A stretch of DNA of 64,000 nt from the NCBI GenBank assembly GCA_963666055.2, contig CAXWPH010000007.1:64001-128000 (forward strand). Direction: 5' to 3'. This DNA comes from Acidobacteriota bacterium. GTDB taxonomy: Bacteria > Acidobacteriota > UBA890 > WLXD01. Shown here in pieces: positions 1-13,870 of this stretch. Every line of letters begins with the position of its first letter. Positions within the stretch are counted from its first letter, which is position 1. Both the position numbers and the translations under genes were made by a program. The notes under the pieces are model-generated. The model did no database searches. It saw only the letters and a program-made list of their open reading frames with translations, and was not told where the DNA came from.

Positions 1-85
1 AAGCTCGAAAGGCTCCCTCGGTTGGATCTCCTACGTTCTAGCGATACGCTTCACGAGCCCCGATTCCTCCATCTCTCGCGGCTCC

Positions 86-1714
86 ATGGAACCTCGATTC
101 GAGCGCCACTCCCTCAGCTCTCTGACACCGCGACTGCTCGTGTGTCTGCTCGCAGGATTGGGCGTGGGATGTGGGACAGTCGCAGACAGTCCGCGCCGGC
201 CCGACCCCACCGGAAGCGACAGCCTGCCGACTGCCCTCTGGGTCGACGCGACCGAACAGCTCTTGCCTGAAACCGCGGAATGGACCAACCGTGTGGAGCT
301 CGCGGATATCGACGGCGACGGACGCGTCGATCTGCTGTTCGCCAATGGCGGCAATTATTCGGAACCGGGACAAGCAGAACCGAATCGCGTGTTTCTCAAT
401 CGCGGTCCCGGGCAACGGTTCGAGGAGGCCACGGAGAGCGTGTTCGGCGCCGGCGGCGACTTTGCGCGGGTGATCAAGGTTCGCGACGTTAGGGGCGACG
501 GCATTGTCGACATCCTGGTCGGGACCACCTTCCAGACCCAGAGCCGCCTGTATCTCGGCGGCGGTCAGGGAACGTTCCAGGAGGTCACCACTACCCACTT
601 GCCGCAGCGCCCAGCGAGCGTCGGCGACCTCGAGCTCGGTGATGTGGACGGCGACGGCGACCTCGACGTCGTCTTGGCCGATTGGGGCCCCGGCAACAAC
701 ATGGACAACCTCGGCGGCCGCACCCGGCTGTGGCTCAACGACGGCGCAGGTCACTTCACGGACGTTACCGCTGCCCGCATGCCTGAGACCCTGGTGGCCT
801 TCTCTTGGGACCTGGAGCTCCTGGACTTCGACAATGACTTCGATCTCGACATCGCCGTATCGTGCAAGCGTTGCTACGGCGGCAGCCTCTTCGTGAATGA
901 CGGGACGGGTACCTTCGAAGAGGACCTCGTTGGCTTACCCAGACACTCGAACAACTACGAGTTCGAGCCCATGGACATCGACGGCGACGGTTTCCTCGAC
1001 CTGATCACGATCAACGATGGAGAGATCGTCGGCCAAGTGAACATGATGCGCCGTCAACACGTTTTCCGTAACGACGCCGGCAGGGCGTATGCGGATGCCA
1101 CGGAGACGCTTTGGCCGGACAGCGAGAATGTCGGCGAAGACGACAACAGCGCAGTATTTCTCGACTACGACTCCGACGGCGATGCCGATTTCGTCGTCGG
1201 ATCGCTGACCGGCGCCGACCGCCTGCTGATCAACGACGGGTCTGGTCGTTTCACGATGGCCCAGGAGGTCTTCTCCGGTCCCGAGACAGCCGGCACGCTG
1301 TCGCTTCTGATGGCCGATCTCGACGGCGATGATCGTCTCGACGTCGTCCACGGGCAGGGCGAAAATCCGGCTGCGGTCGAGGAGAAGATCTTTCTCGGCA
1401 GCGGCCTCGAGCCGGATACCGCGGCACCGTTCATCGGGGACCTGCACAGCGAGCTGCGACAGGACGGGGCTCTCCGAGTCCGCGCCCGTATCCACGACCG
1501 AAAGAGCCCGACGATGCCACACGACTGGCAGTCCGTAACACTCCGCTGGGTCGAGTCGGGGACCGACAGGGAGGTCCCGATGACCTGGTACGGCGAGTAC
1601 TTGTGGTTCGGCGACGTACCCGCGCAGACTCTACCCGGCGCCTCCTATCGTGTTTGCGCAATCGATGCGGCAGGCAATCAGGCCTGCTCGGAGCCCGGAT
1701 CTGCCGACGAATAG
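86..1714 (+). CDS. FG-GAP/VCBS repeat lipoprotein
   Basis: Lipobox-like LGVGC; multiple DxDGDGxxD Ca-binding repeats; 542 aa. Confidence 0.85.
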   Translation: MEPRFERHSLSSLTPRLLVCLLAGLGVGCGTVADSPRRPDPTGSDSLPTALWVDATEQLLPETAEWTNRVELADIDGDGRVDLLFANGGNYSEPGQAEPNRVFLNRGPGQRFEEATESVFGAGGDFARVIKVRDVRGDGIVDILVGTTFQTQSRLYLGGGQGTFQEVTTTHLPQRPASVGDLELGDVDGDGDLDVVLADWGPGNNMDNLGGRTRLWLNDGAGHFTDVTAARMPETLVAFSWDLELLDFDNDFDLDIAVSCKRCYGGSLFVNDGTGTFEEDLVGLPRHSNNYEFEPMDIDGDGFLDLITINDGEIVGQVNMMRRQHVFRNDAGRAYADATETLWPDSENVGEDDNSAVFLDYDSDGDADFVVGSLTGADRLLINDGSGRFTMAQEVFSGPETAGTLSLLMADLDGDDRLDVVHGQGENPAAVEEKIFLGSGLEPDTAAPFIGDLHSELRQDGALRVRARIHDRKSPTMPHDWQSVTLRWVESGTDREVPMTWYGEYLWFGDVPAQTLPGASYRVCAIDAAGNQACSEPGSADE

Positions 1715-1850
1715 CGCTGCGACGCCAGGCGATTCACGGCGAGGGGCGGGGTCGAAGCCCCCGGCTGCCAGGTGTCGCCAGCTGCCCGGCGGGCGCTCCC
1801 CTACCCTTGTAGAATGCGGACGGATCCCCAGGAATCGACTCGGCGGCACG

Positions 1851-3041
1851 ATGGCCATCCCCCCATCTCGAGAAACGCACGGCGAAACGTTTCCGGGCGC
1901 GTTTGATCCGCGCCTGTTCACCCCCGGCCCGCTGACCACATCGCTGGCGGTAAAGCTTGCGATGTGTCACGACATCGGCGCGTGGGATGCACCGCTGCGG
2001 ACGCTGGTCAAAGAGATACGCGAAGGCATATTCGAAGTGGCCGACGGCACCGCTGCCGACGGTTGGGAATGCGTCTTGATGCAGGGGAGCGGCACGTTCG
2101 GCGTGGAAGCGGCGGTCGGCTCCCTGATTCCCCGTGAAGGCAGCTTCGCTGTCGTCTCCAACGGCGCCTACGGCGAGCGCATGATCACGATCGCCCGGAT
2201 GCTCGGCATCGATGTCGTGCCGATCCGTTTCGCCGAGAATGAGCCGGCCAGTGCGGAGGCCGTCGCCGACATACTTGCGACCGATTCGAATATCCACACC
2301 GTCGGCATTGTTCACTGCGAAACGACAACGGGGTTGCACAACGATATTGAACCGATCGGACATGTGATTCGCGACGCTGGACGACGATTCCTCGTCGACG
2401 CGATGAGCACCTTCGGGGCGTATCCCATCGACATGCGCAGCATCGGCATCGATACGCTGATCTCCGGCTCGAACAAGAGCATCGAGGGAGTCCCCGGGTT
2501 CAGCTTCATCCTTGCGCGGGGTGATCTGCTCCGGGAGGCGGGAGAGGGCGCCTGGGCACGCAGCCACTCCATGGACCTCTATGACCAGTGGCGCGGCTTC
2601 GAAAGCGGCGGGAAATTTCGCTTCACCCCACCGAATCAGGTGTTATTGGCGTTCCGACAAGCGTTGCGCGAGTTCTTCGCCGAAGGGGGCGTCGCTGCTC
2701 GGCGAGCCCGATACATGGCAAACCACCGCACGCTCCTCGAGGGCATGGATCGACTCGGCTTCGTCCCCTTTCTCGAGCGCCAAGCGATGAGCCACATCAT
2801 CACCACGTACCACTGCCCCGATGATCCGAGCTACGACTTCCAGACGTTCTACGACAAGCTCTCCGATCGCAGCATGGTGATCTATCCCGGCAAGGTAACC
2901 GGGGCGTCGTGCTTCCGCATCGGCAACATAGGCCGCCTTTATCCGTACGACATGGAGGCGCTGCTGTTGGCGATCGACAGCGTTGTGCAGGAGATGGGGT
3001 TCGACCCGCATAGAGTCGAGCGGGCCGTAGTCAGCCAATAA
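1851..3041 (+). CDS. phnW: 2-aminoethylphosphonate--pyruvate transaminase (PLP, class V)
   Basis: LFTPGPLTTS, QGSGTFGVEA, VHCETTTG, DAMSTFG, SGSNKSIEGVPG, FRFTPP, IYPGK, FRIGNIG motifs; start placed at ATG 1851. Confidence 0.92.
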   Translation: MAIPPSRETHGETFPGAFDPRLFTPGPLTTSLAVKLAMCHDIGAWDAPLRTLVKEIREGIFEVADGTAADGWECVLMQGSGTFGVEAAVGSLIPREGSFAVVSNGAYGERMITIARMLGIDVVPIRFAENEPASAEAVADILATDSNIHTVGIVHCETTTGLHNDIEPIGHVIRDAGRRFLVDAMSTFGAYPIDMRSIGIDTLISGSNKSIEGVPGFSFILARGDLLREAGEGAWARSHSMDLYDQWRGFESGGKFRFTPPNQVLLAFRQALREFFAEGGVAARRARYMANHRTLLEGMDRLGFVPFLERQAMSHIITTYHCPDDPSYDFQTFYDKLSDRSMVIYPGKVTGASCFRIGNIGRLYPYDMEALLLAIDSVVQEMGFDPHRVERAVVSQ

Positions 3042-3162
3042 CCTGGTGGGCGGCCGTGGGCGATATCGTCGTCGCCCCGCTAGCGGCTGACCACGATCCG
3101 TTGCCGCGTGCCTCGAAGGGGCGAACACGCAGCGATACGGTACCTCGCTCTCGGAGCGCTCC

Positions 3163-4496
3163 ATGCTGGATCAGAACGCCAGGTCAGCGGTGTCATCGCC
3201 GATCCCAGCCCTGACCGCGTGGATCGATCGCCAACCCGAGTTTGTTCTCACCATCTACGCGATGACCGCTGCGTTCGCCGGCTACATGAGCATGTACGCT
3301 TTCCGCCGGCCCTTCACCGCGACGGGCTACGACACGGTCGAGCCGATCACGCTGCTCGGGGTTGCCTTCGGCTACAAGCCCATCGCGGTGATCAGTCAGG
3401 TTGTCGGCTACACGTGCTCGAAGTTTCTCGGTATCAAGTTTGCTTCCGAGGCCCCTCTGGGCAGACGCGTACCGATCGTGATCGGGCTGATCTTCCTCGC
3501 CGAGGCGACGCTGGTTCTGTTCGGCATGACGCCGGCGCCGTACAACGTGCTCTTTCTCTTTCTCAACGGTCTGCCGTTGGGCATGGTTTGGGCGATGCTC
3601 TTTGGCACCTCGAGGGTCGTCGCGTCACCGAGTTCCTCGGACTAGGCATGAGCGTCAGCGTCATCTTCGCCTCCGGCTGGGCAAAGGGCGCCGGCCAGTG
3701 GACGATGGACGCGTGGCATGTCCCCGAGTTCTGGATGCCGGCCGTCACCGGCATGCTGTTTGTCCCGCTCTTACTGCTGTCAATGTTCATGCTCTGGCAT
3801 GTACCACCGCCCACTGCCGCAGACATCGAACAGCGCTCCAAGCGAGCCCCTATGACGCGTGACGACCGCAGCGAATTCGTCCGCTCATTCTTCCCAGGCA
3901 TCGTGATGTTGATCTCGGGCTATCTGTGCCTCATGGCATATCGCAGTATCCGCGACGACTTCATGGACCGGATACAGCGCGACCTCGGGCACACGGTAAG
4001 CAGCTCCGACTTCGTATCGATAGAGAGCTATGTGGGCGTGACGGTGATCGCGGTTCTGTGTCTTCTTTGGTTCTTTCGCGATAACCGTCACGCGGTCTGG
4101 GCAAACCTGACGTTGGTCGGTCTCGGAGCCGTGTTGCTCGGCGCGTCAACGATCATGCTCAACATGAATTGGCTCGACCCGAAGACGTTTTATGTGCTCA
4201 ACGGCATTGGTCTCTATGTCGCTTTCGTTCCGTATCAGAGCATCTTGATGGATCGACTACTTGCTTCGCTTCGCACCGTTGCAACCGTCGCCTTCCTCAT
4301 CTCGCTTGGAGATTCGTTCGGTTATCTCAGCGTTGTGGCGACCTATCTGGGACGCGACATCTACCAGTCCTTGGCGCAGCAAGAGTTGCCCTGGGCCACA
4401 TTGCTGGAGTATGCAAGCTACGTCGTCATGGTTTTTGTGCCCCTCATGATGATTGGGTGCGCCGCTTACTTCCGGGGGCGAATGAGCGCGCGATGA
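3163..4496 (+). pseudogene. DUF5690-type multi-pass membrane protein (putative phosphonate transporter), split by a 1-nt frameshift near 3606
   Basis: MYAFRRPFTA, SQVVGYTCSKFLGIK, FLNGLPLGMVW in one frame; LEGRRVTEFLG, RSIRDDF, DSFGYL in another. Restoring one base gives ...MLFG(Y)LEGRR. Probably a sequencing indel. Confidence 0.75.
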
Positions 4497-4503
4497 AGAC
4501 GCC

Positions 4504-5625
4504 TCAAGGCAGGGCGAGCGCGATAGGCTCGCCTGCCTGCGGATTGAAATCGCCGGGATCCAGTCCGAAGAACCTGAGAATCGTCGCGGCGATCTGCGTC
4601 TGCTGCAACGGGGCATGATCGCGCACGATCCCCTGGGCAGTCGTATCGGGTCCGATGATCGCGATCCAGATCTCCTCGGCCCCCGGAACGTCTTTGCCGT
4701 GTGAGGTCCAATCATCGGGCGTCCGACCGCGGCCGTGGTCCGTTGTGATCACCAGGGTCGTCTTATCGCGATATACGTCCATCGACTGCAGCAGCTCCCA
4801 TAGCAACCGCAGCGTCTCATCGAAGTTCCGGATCGCTTCGACGGTACGGTCATAACGTCGCCCGTGTGCCCACTCGTCGGTCTCATCGAGCGCCAGATAC
4901 AGAAAGCGCGGCTGGAACTCCTCCAGATAGGCGAACGCCAGGCCTTCGGTAAAAGCGTTCTGCCGCACCGAGCCCCAGGGAGACAGCGTTCTTTCCTCTA
5001 GCGATACGAGGCGACGAATCTCCTCGTTTTGTATGCCCTCGGGGAATGGTCCGCCGGCGTTGACGGTAATGGACCCCGGCTCGTGCTCGACGATATAGGG
5101 GAAGTGATTCCATGAAGTGAGCGCCGCGACTCCGGTCGCCTCCAGCTCGAGCTCTCGGCGGACGAACTCGAGCACGGTCTCCCGGGGAATCTGAATCGGG
5201 ATGTTGCCGGTCACATCGGGTTGCACTTGACCCGTGAGGATCTCCGCATAGCAGGGGTACGAGACACGATGAGGGTTGGTCACCGAGACCTTGCTCCCGT
5301 CAGCTCGGCTCCCGAGAACGATTCCCTGAGGTGCAAGCGTGGTCCAGAAGAATGGCATCAGCCGCTCGCGCCGGCTCCGCGCCGACTCATCCCAGAATCT
5401 TGCAGCAAGAGCCTCGGGATCTTCGACTCCACTCTTCTGACCGCCGTCGAGCAGAGCGCGGTCCAGTCCGGCGAAGAGCTCCTGGTGACGCAGACCGTCC
5501 ACAGTGATCAGAACGACGTTCCGTGTTCGGAGCATCGTTTGCCCGCGGCCGGCGTTCGGAAGAAGCAGAGCGGCGGCGACCACCGAGCAGCCACCGACAA
5601 TCAAACCCCAGTTCAGCTTTCTCAT
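4504..5625 (-). CDS. Secreted alkaline-phosphatase-superfamily metalloenzyme
   Basis: Signal peptide; VVLITVDGLR, SYPCYAEILTG, DETDEWAH, TTDHGRG metal-site motifs. Confidence 0.8.
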   Translation of the reverse strand: MRKLNWGLIVGGCSVVAAALLLPNAGRGQTMLRTRNVVLITVDGLRHQELFAGLDRALLDGGQKSGVEDPEALAARFWDESARSRRERLMPFFWTTLAPQGIVLGSRADGSKVSVTNPHRVSYPCYAEILTGQVQPDVTGNIPIQIPRETVLEFVRRELELEATGVAALTSWNHFPYIVEHEPGSITVNAGGPFPEGIQNEEIRRLVSLEERTLSPWGSVRQNAFTEGLAFAYLEEFQPRFLYLALDETDEWAHGRRYDRTVEAIRNFDETLRLLWELLQSMDVYRDKTTLVITTDHGRGRTPDDWTSHGKDVPGAEEIWIAIIGPDTTAQGIVRDHAPLQQTQIAATILRFFGLDPGDFNPQAGEPIALALP

Positions 5626-5902
5626 CGCATCCTATCGTCCGTCTTGGAGGGGCCCACCTCGCCGCGGTTGCCGAAGGCGGCGTGATTGTCGGGTGGGCCG
5701 AGGCTAGCCGACTCGGCGCGGAATCGCCACGCCGCCCCTGCTGAGTTGTCGCGGCACCTCCCGTCCAGTCAAAGCCAGGGCAGGGCAGGGCAGCGAAAAG
5801 GCATGCATGGCACCACGCGACGGCGGTAGCGTGTTCTCGTACGAAGATGTGGGCAGCCTCTCCTGGCTGCTCCCCCTGCCGCCCTGGAAAGGACCACCGT
5901 GG

Positions 5903-6118
5903 ATGCGTTCAGAGCTGGTTAGCATCGTTCTGCCGACATTCAACCGCGGCTACTGCCTAGGCGCCGCGATCGACAGTGTGCGCCTCCAGTCCCATCCTGA
6001 TTGGGAGCTTATCGTCGTCGACGATGGGTCGACCGACGGCACGGCGGACCTCATGTCGCGCTACGCCGACGACCACCGCATTCACTACATCCAGCGCTCC
6101 AACGGCGGCGTCTCGGCG
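5903..6118 (+). pseudogene. N-terminal fragment of a family 2 glycosyltransferase
   Basis: VSIVLPTFNR, ELIVVDDGSTDGT, NGGVSA; similarity stops where ARN would normally follow. Confidence 0.75.
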
Positions 6119-7691
6119 ATGGTTGCCGAAGAGCGCACCTCGCGTGGACGGCCCACGCAGTACGGTGACCAGCTGGGTTTTCTGCTGGCGCTCGACCTGA
6201 TCGACGCCGAGCTATCGAACGCGTCGATCAGCCTGATCCCGGCGAGCGGCGTTGGAGCGGACCTGTCGCCGTTGCGCTCGGAGCTGTTGCTTGCACAGAT
6301 CGACGACCTGCCGAATCGCGTCATGCCGCGGGCCGATTGGGCATACAGGGTGCTGACAGGATCGGCCGATTCGAGCGTGCGCTTCGAGACCCTGCCGTTG
6401 GAAACGCTGGCGATCGGGCTGCTGGACCCGTCAGGGTTGCCCTTCTTGCACTACGCCATACGAGCGCCCGCCGCGCGTCTGAACCTGCGCGTCGGCGAAG
6501 GGGCCAGCTACGTGACTTTCGACGTCAGCTCGTCGCTCCGGTCAGGCTCCCACGTATTGAGCAGCGAGCCAGCGAGCACCGTCGAGGCGGCACTCGACGC
6601 AACCGAGGCTCGCCAGCTCGCCCAGGGTACGCTGAGCTATCTCGACCGGATCCCCGCAGTTCCCCGGTGACTACGTGCTCGGGCTGATGGTCGAGAACAA
6701 CGTGACGCGCGAGTTCGCGCGTGACCAGCGACGCGTCGCCGTACCTTCGCCGTCGCCATCTACGCTGTCCGCAAGTCCGGCCATTCTGATAGCCGAGCAC
6801 CAAGACATGGGCTCCGATTACGACCGCTTCGGTGGCCACTACGCCTTCCAGATTGGTCGCAATTTCGTGCTGCCCGCGTTCGATGGACCTTTCCCGAGCG
6901 GCGGCACGCTGTGGGTCTTTCATCAGGTCTACGCGCCGGACGACAGCAACGAACCCCTCGCGGCCACGTACACCCTGCTCGATGCAGCCGGCGGCATCGC
7001 GGCCCGCAAGGCGACCACGTTGCCATTGCAAAGGAAGGATCGCTACGGCGTGCTCAACCAGCTCACAGCCTTACCGCTGGATGGCGTTGCCGCGGGCCGC
7101 TACAGCGTTCAAGTCGAGCTGGATATCGATGGTTGGCAGCAGGCGCCGATGCCAGTCCAGATCAGCGCCGCAAACAGGTACCTGCCGCCGCTAGCCCACG
7201 CAACCACCTTACCGCCCGCAACAGACCCGGGATCGCTGCTTACGCGAGCTCGGCAGCTGCGCATCAGTCAGCGGCCCGAGGAGGCGCTCGTGATGGCGCA
7301 GAGCGCGCTGCAACGCGACGCCGGGTCGGCCGACGGCATCATCCTGGTCGGTGAGCTGCTGACCGAGCTCGGGAGACTGCCGGAGCTCCGGGAGTTGCTC
7401 GAGCCGCGCCTGTCGGAAGCACCCAACGATCAGGCGTTGCTGCTGCAACTGGCTGAGGTGGCGGTCAGGCTCGGAGAGCATCGGGATGCGGTTCGCTACT
7501 ACGAACGTGCCCGTATCGGCGGCGCCGATGACACCGCGGAGCTTCTCAACTCGCTTGCTGCCGAGTACCTCGCCGACGGAGAGTCCGATCGTGCCCGGGA
7601 GCTCATCGAGCAATCGCTCACACTGCTGCCCGATCAACCGCGTATGCAAGACATGTTGCAGCGCCTGCAGCCCGGTCAGAGGAATCGCTGA
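6119..7691 (+). pseudogene. C-terminal part of a GWxTD-like/TPR protein, with a +1 frameshift at ~6662-6665
   Basis: Removing one C from gttccccggtgac joins ...DRIPAVPGDYVLGLMVENN...; C-terminal TPR-like helices. Family call is from resemblance only; the GWxTD motif itself is absent. Confidence 0.55.
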
Positions 7692-7848
7692 GCATTTCGG
7701 GCGCAGCTTATTCTCCCCACCGGGCGCGCGTGCGGGGCCGCGTAGGGCGGCCGTTTGGGCCGCCAACCCGATGCTACACTCGTGACAGCGCCGCGCCGTC
7801 GGAGCGCAGCAGCGGCGCGCTCGTTTTCCGCTGGCCCGGACCTTTCTG

Positions 7849-11523
<3,675 letters not shown>

Positions 11524-11532
11524 GGTGATTCT

Positions 11533-12711
11533 GTGTCTTGTGCGCGGCGTATCGGCCCTACGCCCCTTCTGATTCGCCGTGCCGAGGTCTACGCGCCGGA
11601 GCCACTCGGTGTCTGCGACGTGCTGTGCGCTGGCGGTAGGATCGTCAGCCTGGCGAACGATCTCGAGCCGCCGGGCGGCGTCGACGTGCAGGTGATCGAC
11701 GCCGGCAACCATAAGGTCGTCCCGGGGCTGATCGACGGGCATATCCACATCGCCGGGGCCGGCGGGGAGGCGACACGAACACCCGAGATGCCGCTGTCGT
11801 GGATGATCGAGGCCGGGGTCACTACCGTTGTCGGGCTGCTGGGCACAGACGGTGTGACGCGCAGCCTCGACAACTTGCTGATGAAGGCCAAGGGGCTACG
11901 CGCCGAGGGGGTATCCGCCTGGATGTGGACCGGCTCGTACCAGCTGCCGCCACCCACCCTCACCGGAGACGTGGCGCGCGATATCGCGATTATCGAGGAG
12001 GTTATCGGCGTCGGCGAGATCGCTATCGCCGACCATCGTTCTTCCAACCCGACTGCTCTGGATCTGGTCCGTCTCGCCAAGGAGGCCCGCCGGGGTGGCA
12101 TGTTGGGCGGCAAGTGTGGCCTTGTGCACTTGCACCTGGGCGATGCCGAGGATCCGTTCAGCGTCGTTCGGGAGGCAGTACGAAGCTCCGAGCTTGGCTT
12201 TGCGCAGTTCTACCCGACGCACGTAAACCGTAACCCGCATTGCTTCGACCAGGCCAAGCAATACGGCATCGAGGCGCCGGTCGACATCACCGCGTGCGGC
12301 TGGCGCGGTCCCGGAGACGAGGACGTCAAGCCCTCACGGGCCCTCCGTGAGCTGCTGGAGGCAGGCGTGCCGAACGCCCACATCACGATGAGCTCCGACG
12401 CGTGTGGCTCGCTCCCCGATTTCGACGCCAACGGTGAGCTCGTGGGCCTGACCAGCGGCAGGCCGGGCGAGATCTGGCGTGAGATCGTCGACGCCGTCCG
12501 CACCGAGGGACTCGAGCTCTCGCAAGCGCTCGCTGCCGTGACCGCGAACCCGGCCGCAATTCTCCGCCTCCCCAGGAAGGGCACTTTGACCGCTGGCGCA
12601 GACGCCGACCTGCTGCTGGTTGATTCGGAGCTTCGAGTGCAGGCTGTGGTCGCCGGTGGCGAGATGCTCATGCAGCACGGAGCACTCCTACGGCAAGGCA
12701 CCTTCGAGTAG
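11533..12711 (+). CDS. iadA: Beta-aspartyl (isoaspartyl) dipeptidase
   Basis: DGHIHIAGAGGE, GLLGTDG, GSYQ, EIAIADHRSS, HLGD, PTHVNRN, SSDACGSLP. Confidence 0.9.
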   Translation: MSCARRIGPTPLLIRRAEVYAPEPLGVCDVLCAGGRIVSLANDLEPPGGVDVQVIDAGNHKVVPGLIDGHIHIAGAGGEATRTPEMPLSWMIEAGVTTVVGLLGTDGVTRSLDNLLMKAKGLRAEGVSAWMWTGSYQLPPPTLTGDVARDIAIIEEVIGVGEIAIADHRSSNPTALDLVRLAKEARRGGMLGGKCGLVHLHLGDAEDPFSVVREAVRSSELGFAQFYPTHVNRNPHCFDQAKQYGIEAPVDITACGWRGPGDEDVKPSRALRELLEAGVPNAHITMSSDACGSLPDFDANGELVGLTSGRPGEIWREIVDAVRTEGLELSQALAAVTANPAAILRLPRKGTLTAGADADLLLVDSELRVQAVVAGGEMLMQHGALLRQGTFE

Positions 12712-13806
12712 CCGCGCTACCGCCAGCTGCGCAAGAGCGCCGGCGCTCATCTGTAGCGCCGTGAAGCCGAGGCGGAAGTCCTCGTTACGATACGTATCGA
12801 ACGTGTCGCTGCTTCTGTGCCAGTGCGGATCGCTACCGCGTCCTATCTCGTCGCGCCGCTCGTTCTCGCGGACGCTGATCGAGGCGACATGGGGTGCGAA
12901 AGAAACCGAGTCGGTGCTCTGCATGAACTGCCCTACCTCGGCTGGGTAACGGGTCGTCGCGTACGTCGCATTGGCGCTTAGCCACGCGGCCGCGAGCCTC
13001 AAGGCGCCGCCGCCAAACGGCAAGTCGGCGTCGTACTCGATGTCGACATCGGCAGACGGGATCTGCCGGTCGACCGGCAACCCGGTGGCAGCGACCGGCA
13101 TGCCATGGTCGTAGAGCATCATGTCGTGCTGGATCACCCCCAACCACTCGGGCTCGGGAAACATGCCGGATCCGGGCGGCGACTCCACGCCCTGCAGCGC
13201 CAGCCGATCTTCGACGTATGCGCGGGAGCCCACCAGGCCAATCTCCTCGGCATTCCAGAAGGCGAAGCGGATGGAGACGTCGGTTACTACGTCCCGATGC
13301 GAGAACACCCGCGCTAGCTCGAGCACGAGAGCGGTTCCCGACGCATCGTCATTCGCCCCCGGGGCGAACGATCGGTCGCCACTGTCGAAGTTGGTGCTAT
13401 CCATATGGGCCGAGGCGATATACATCTGGCCAGACCGTACGCTGCCAACCTTGGTAGCGTAAACGCTGTCGATCTCCTTGGGAGTCTCGTTGCCGTTGCG
13501 GCCGGCAGCTATGAATCGGTGCCGCTGCACCGCATAGCCGTACCCCTCGAGCTCGGCTTGCAGCCAGTCGCGGGCGCGCTCGTTACCCTCCGTGCTCCAG
13601 TACCGGGTCTGAAACCCGGCCAAGGTGCGCACGTTGCGCTTGAGCCGCTTGAAGCTCAGGCTGCGAACAATCGCCTTGGCAGCGTCCACCCCCACGGCAA
13701 CCGACTGCCGATCCTGTAAAGGAGCCTGCGGAGCCGCAGTGAGGCTCACCATGCTTAGCACTGCCGCACAGACGACCGGAAACACCTGAATACCGCGCAC
13801 TCTCAC
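12688..13806 (-). CDS. M28 family metallopeptidase, secreted
   Basis: SAHMDS, APGANDDASG, NAEEIGLVGS, HDMM, STDSVSF, WHRSSDT; start uncertain. Confidence 0.85.
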   Translation of the reverse strand: MRVRGIQVFPVVCAAVLSMVSLTAAPQAPLQDRQSVAVGVDAAKAIVRSLSFKRLKRNVRTLAGFQTRYWSTEGNERARDWLQAELEGYGYAVQRHRFIAAGRNGNETPKEIDSVYATKVGSVRSGQMYIASAHMDSTNFDSGDRSFAPGANDDASGTALVLELARVFSHRDVVTDVSIRFAFWNAEEIGLVGSRAYVEDRLALQGVESPPGSGMFPEPEWLGVIQHDMMLYDHGMPVAATGLPVDRQIPSADVDIEYDADLPFGGGALRLAAAWLSANATYATTRYPAEVGQFMQSTDSVSFAPHVASISVRENERRDEIGRGSDPHWHRSSDTFDTYRNEDFRLGFTALQMSAGALAQLAVARLLEGALP

Positions 13807-13870
13807 TCCACGGGATAGGGGGTCATTGGACCGCCCCGACGGCGGCACCGCAAGAGGATTCCGGTCGGCG

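Noticed and set aside
5676-5736. Nested inverted repeats between divergent genes
   Set aside because: Short GC-rich stems in a single copy; compatible with chance
6661-6675. Selenocysteine or stop readthrough at TGA 6668-6670
   Set aside because: The downstream coding region is in another frame; an extra C explains it
7692-7848. SAM or cobalamin riboswitch upstream of metH
   Set aside because: No recognisable SAM-I core or B12 box in the short intergenic region
11755-11790. IadA loop shorter than typical (GGE-ATRTPE)
   Set aside because: A ~3-residue difference in a G-rich stretch; natural variation and error cannot be separated
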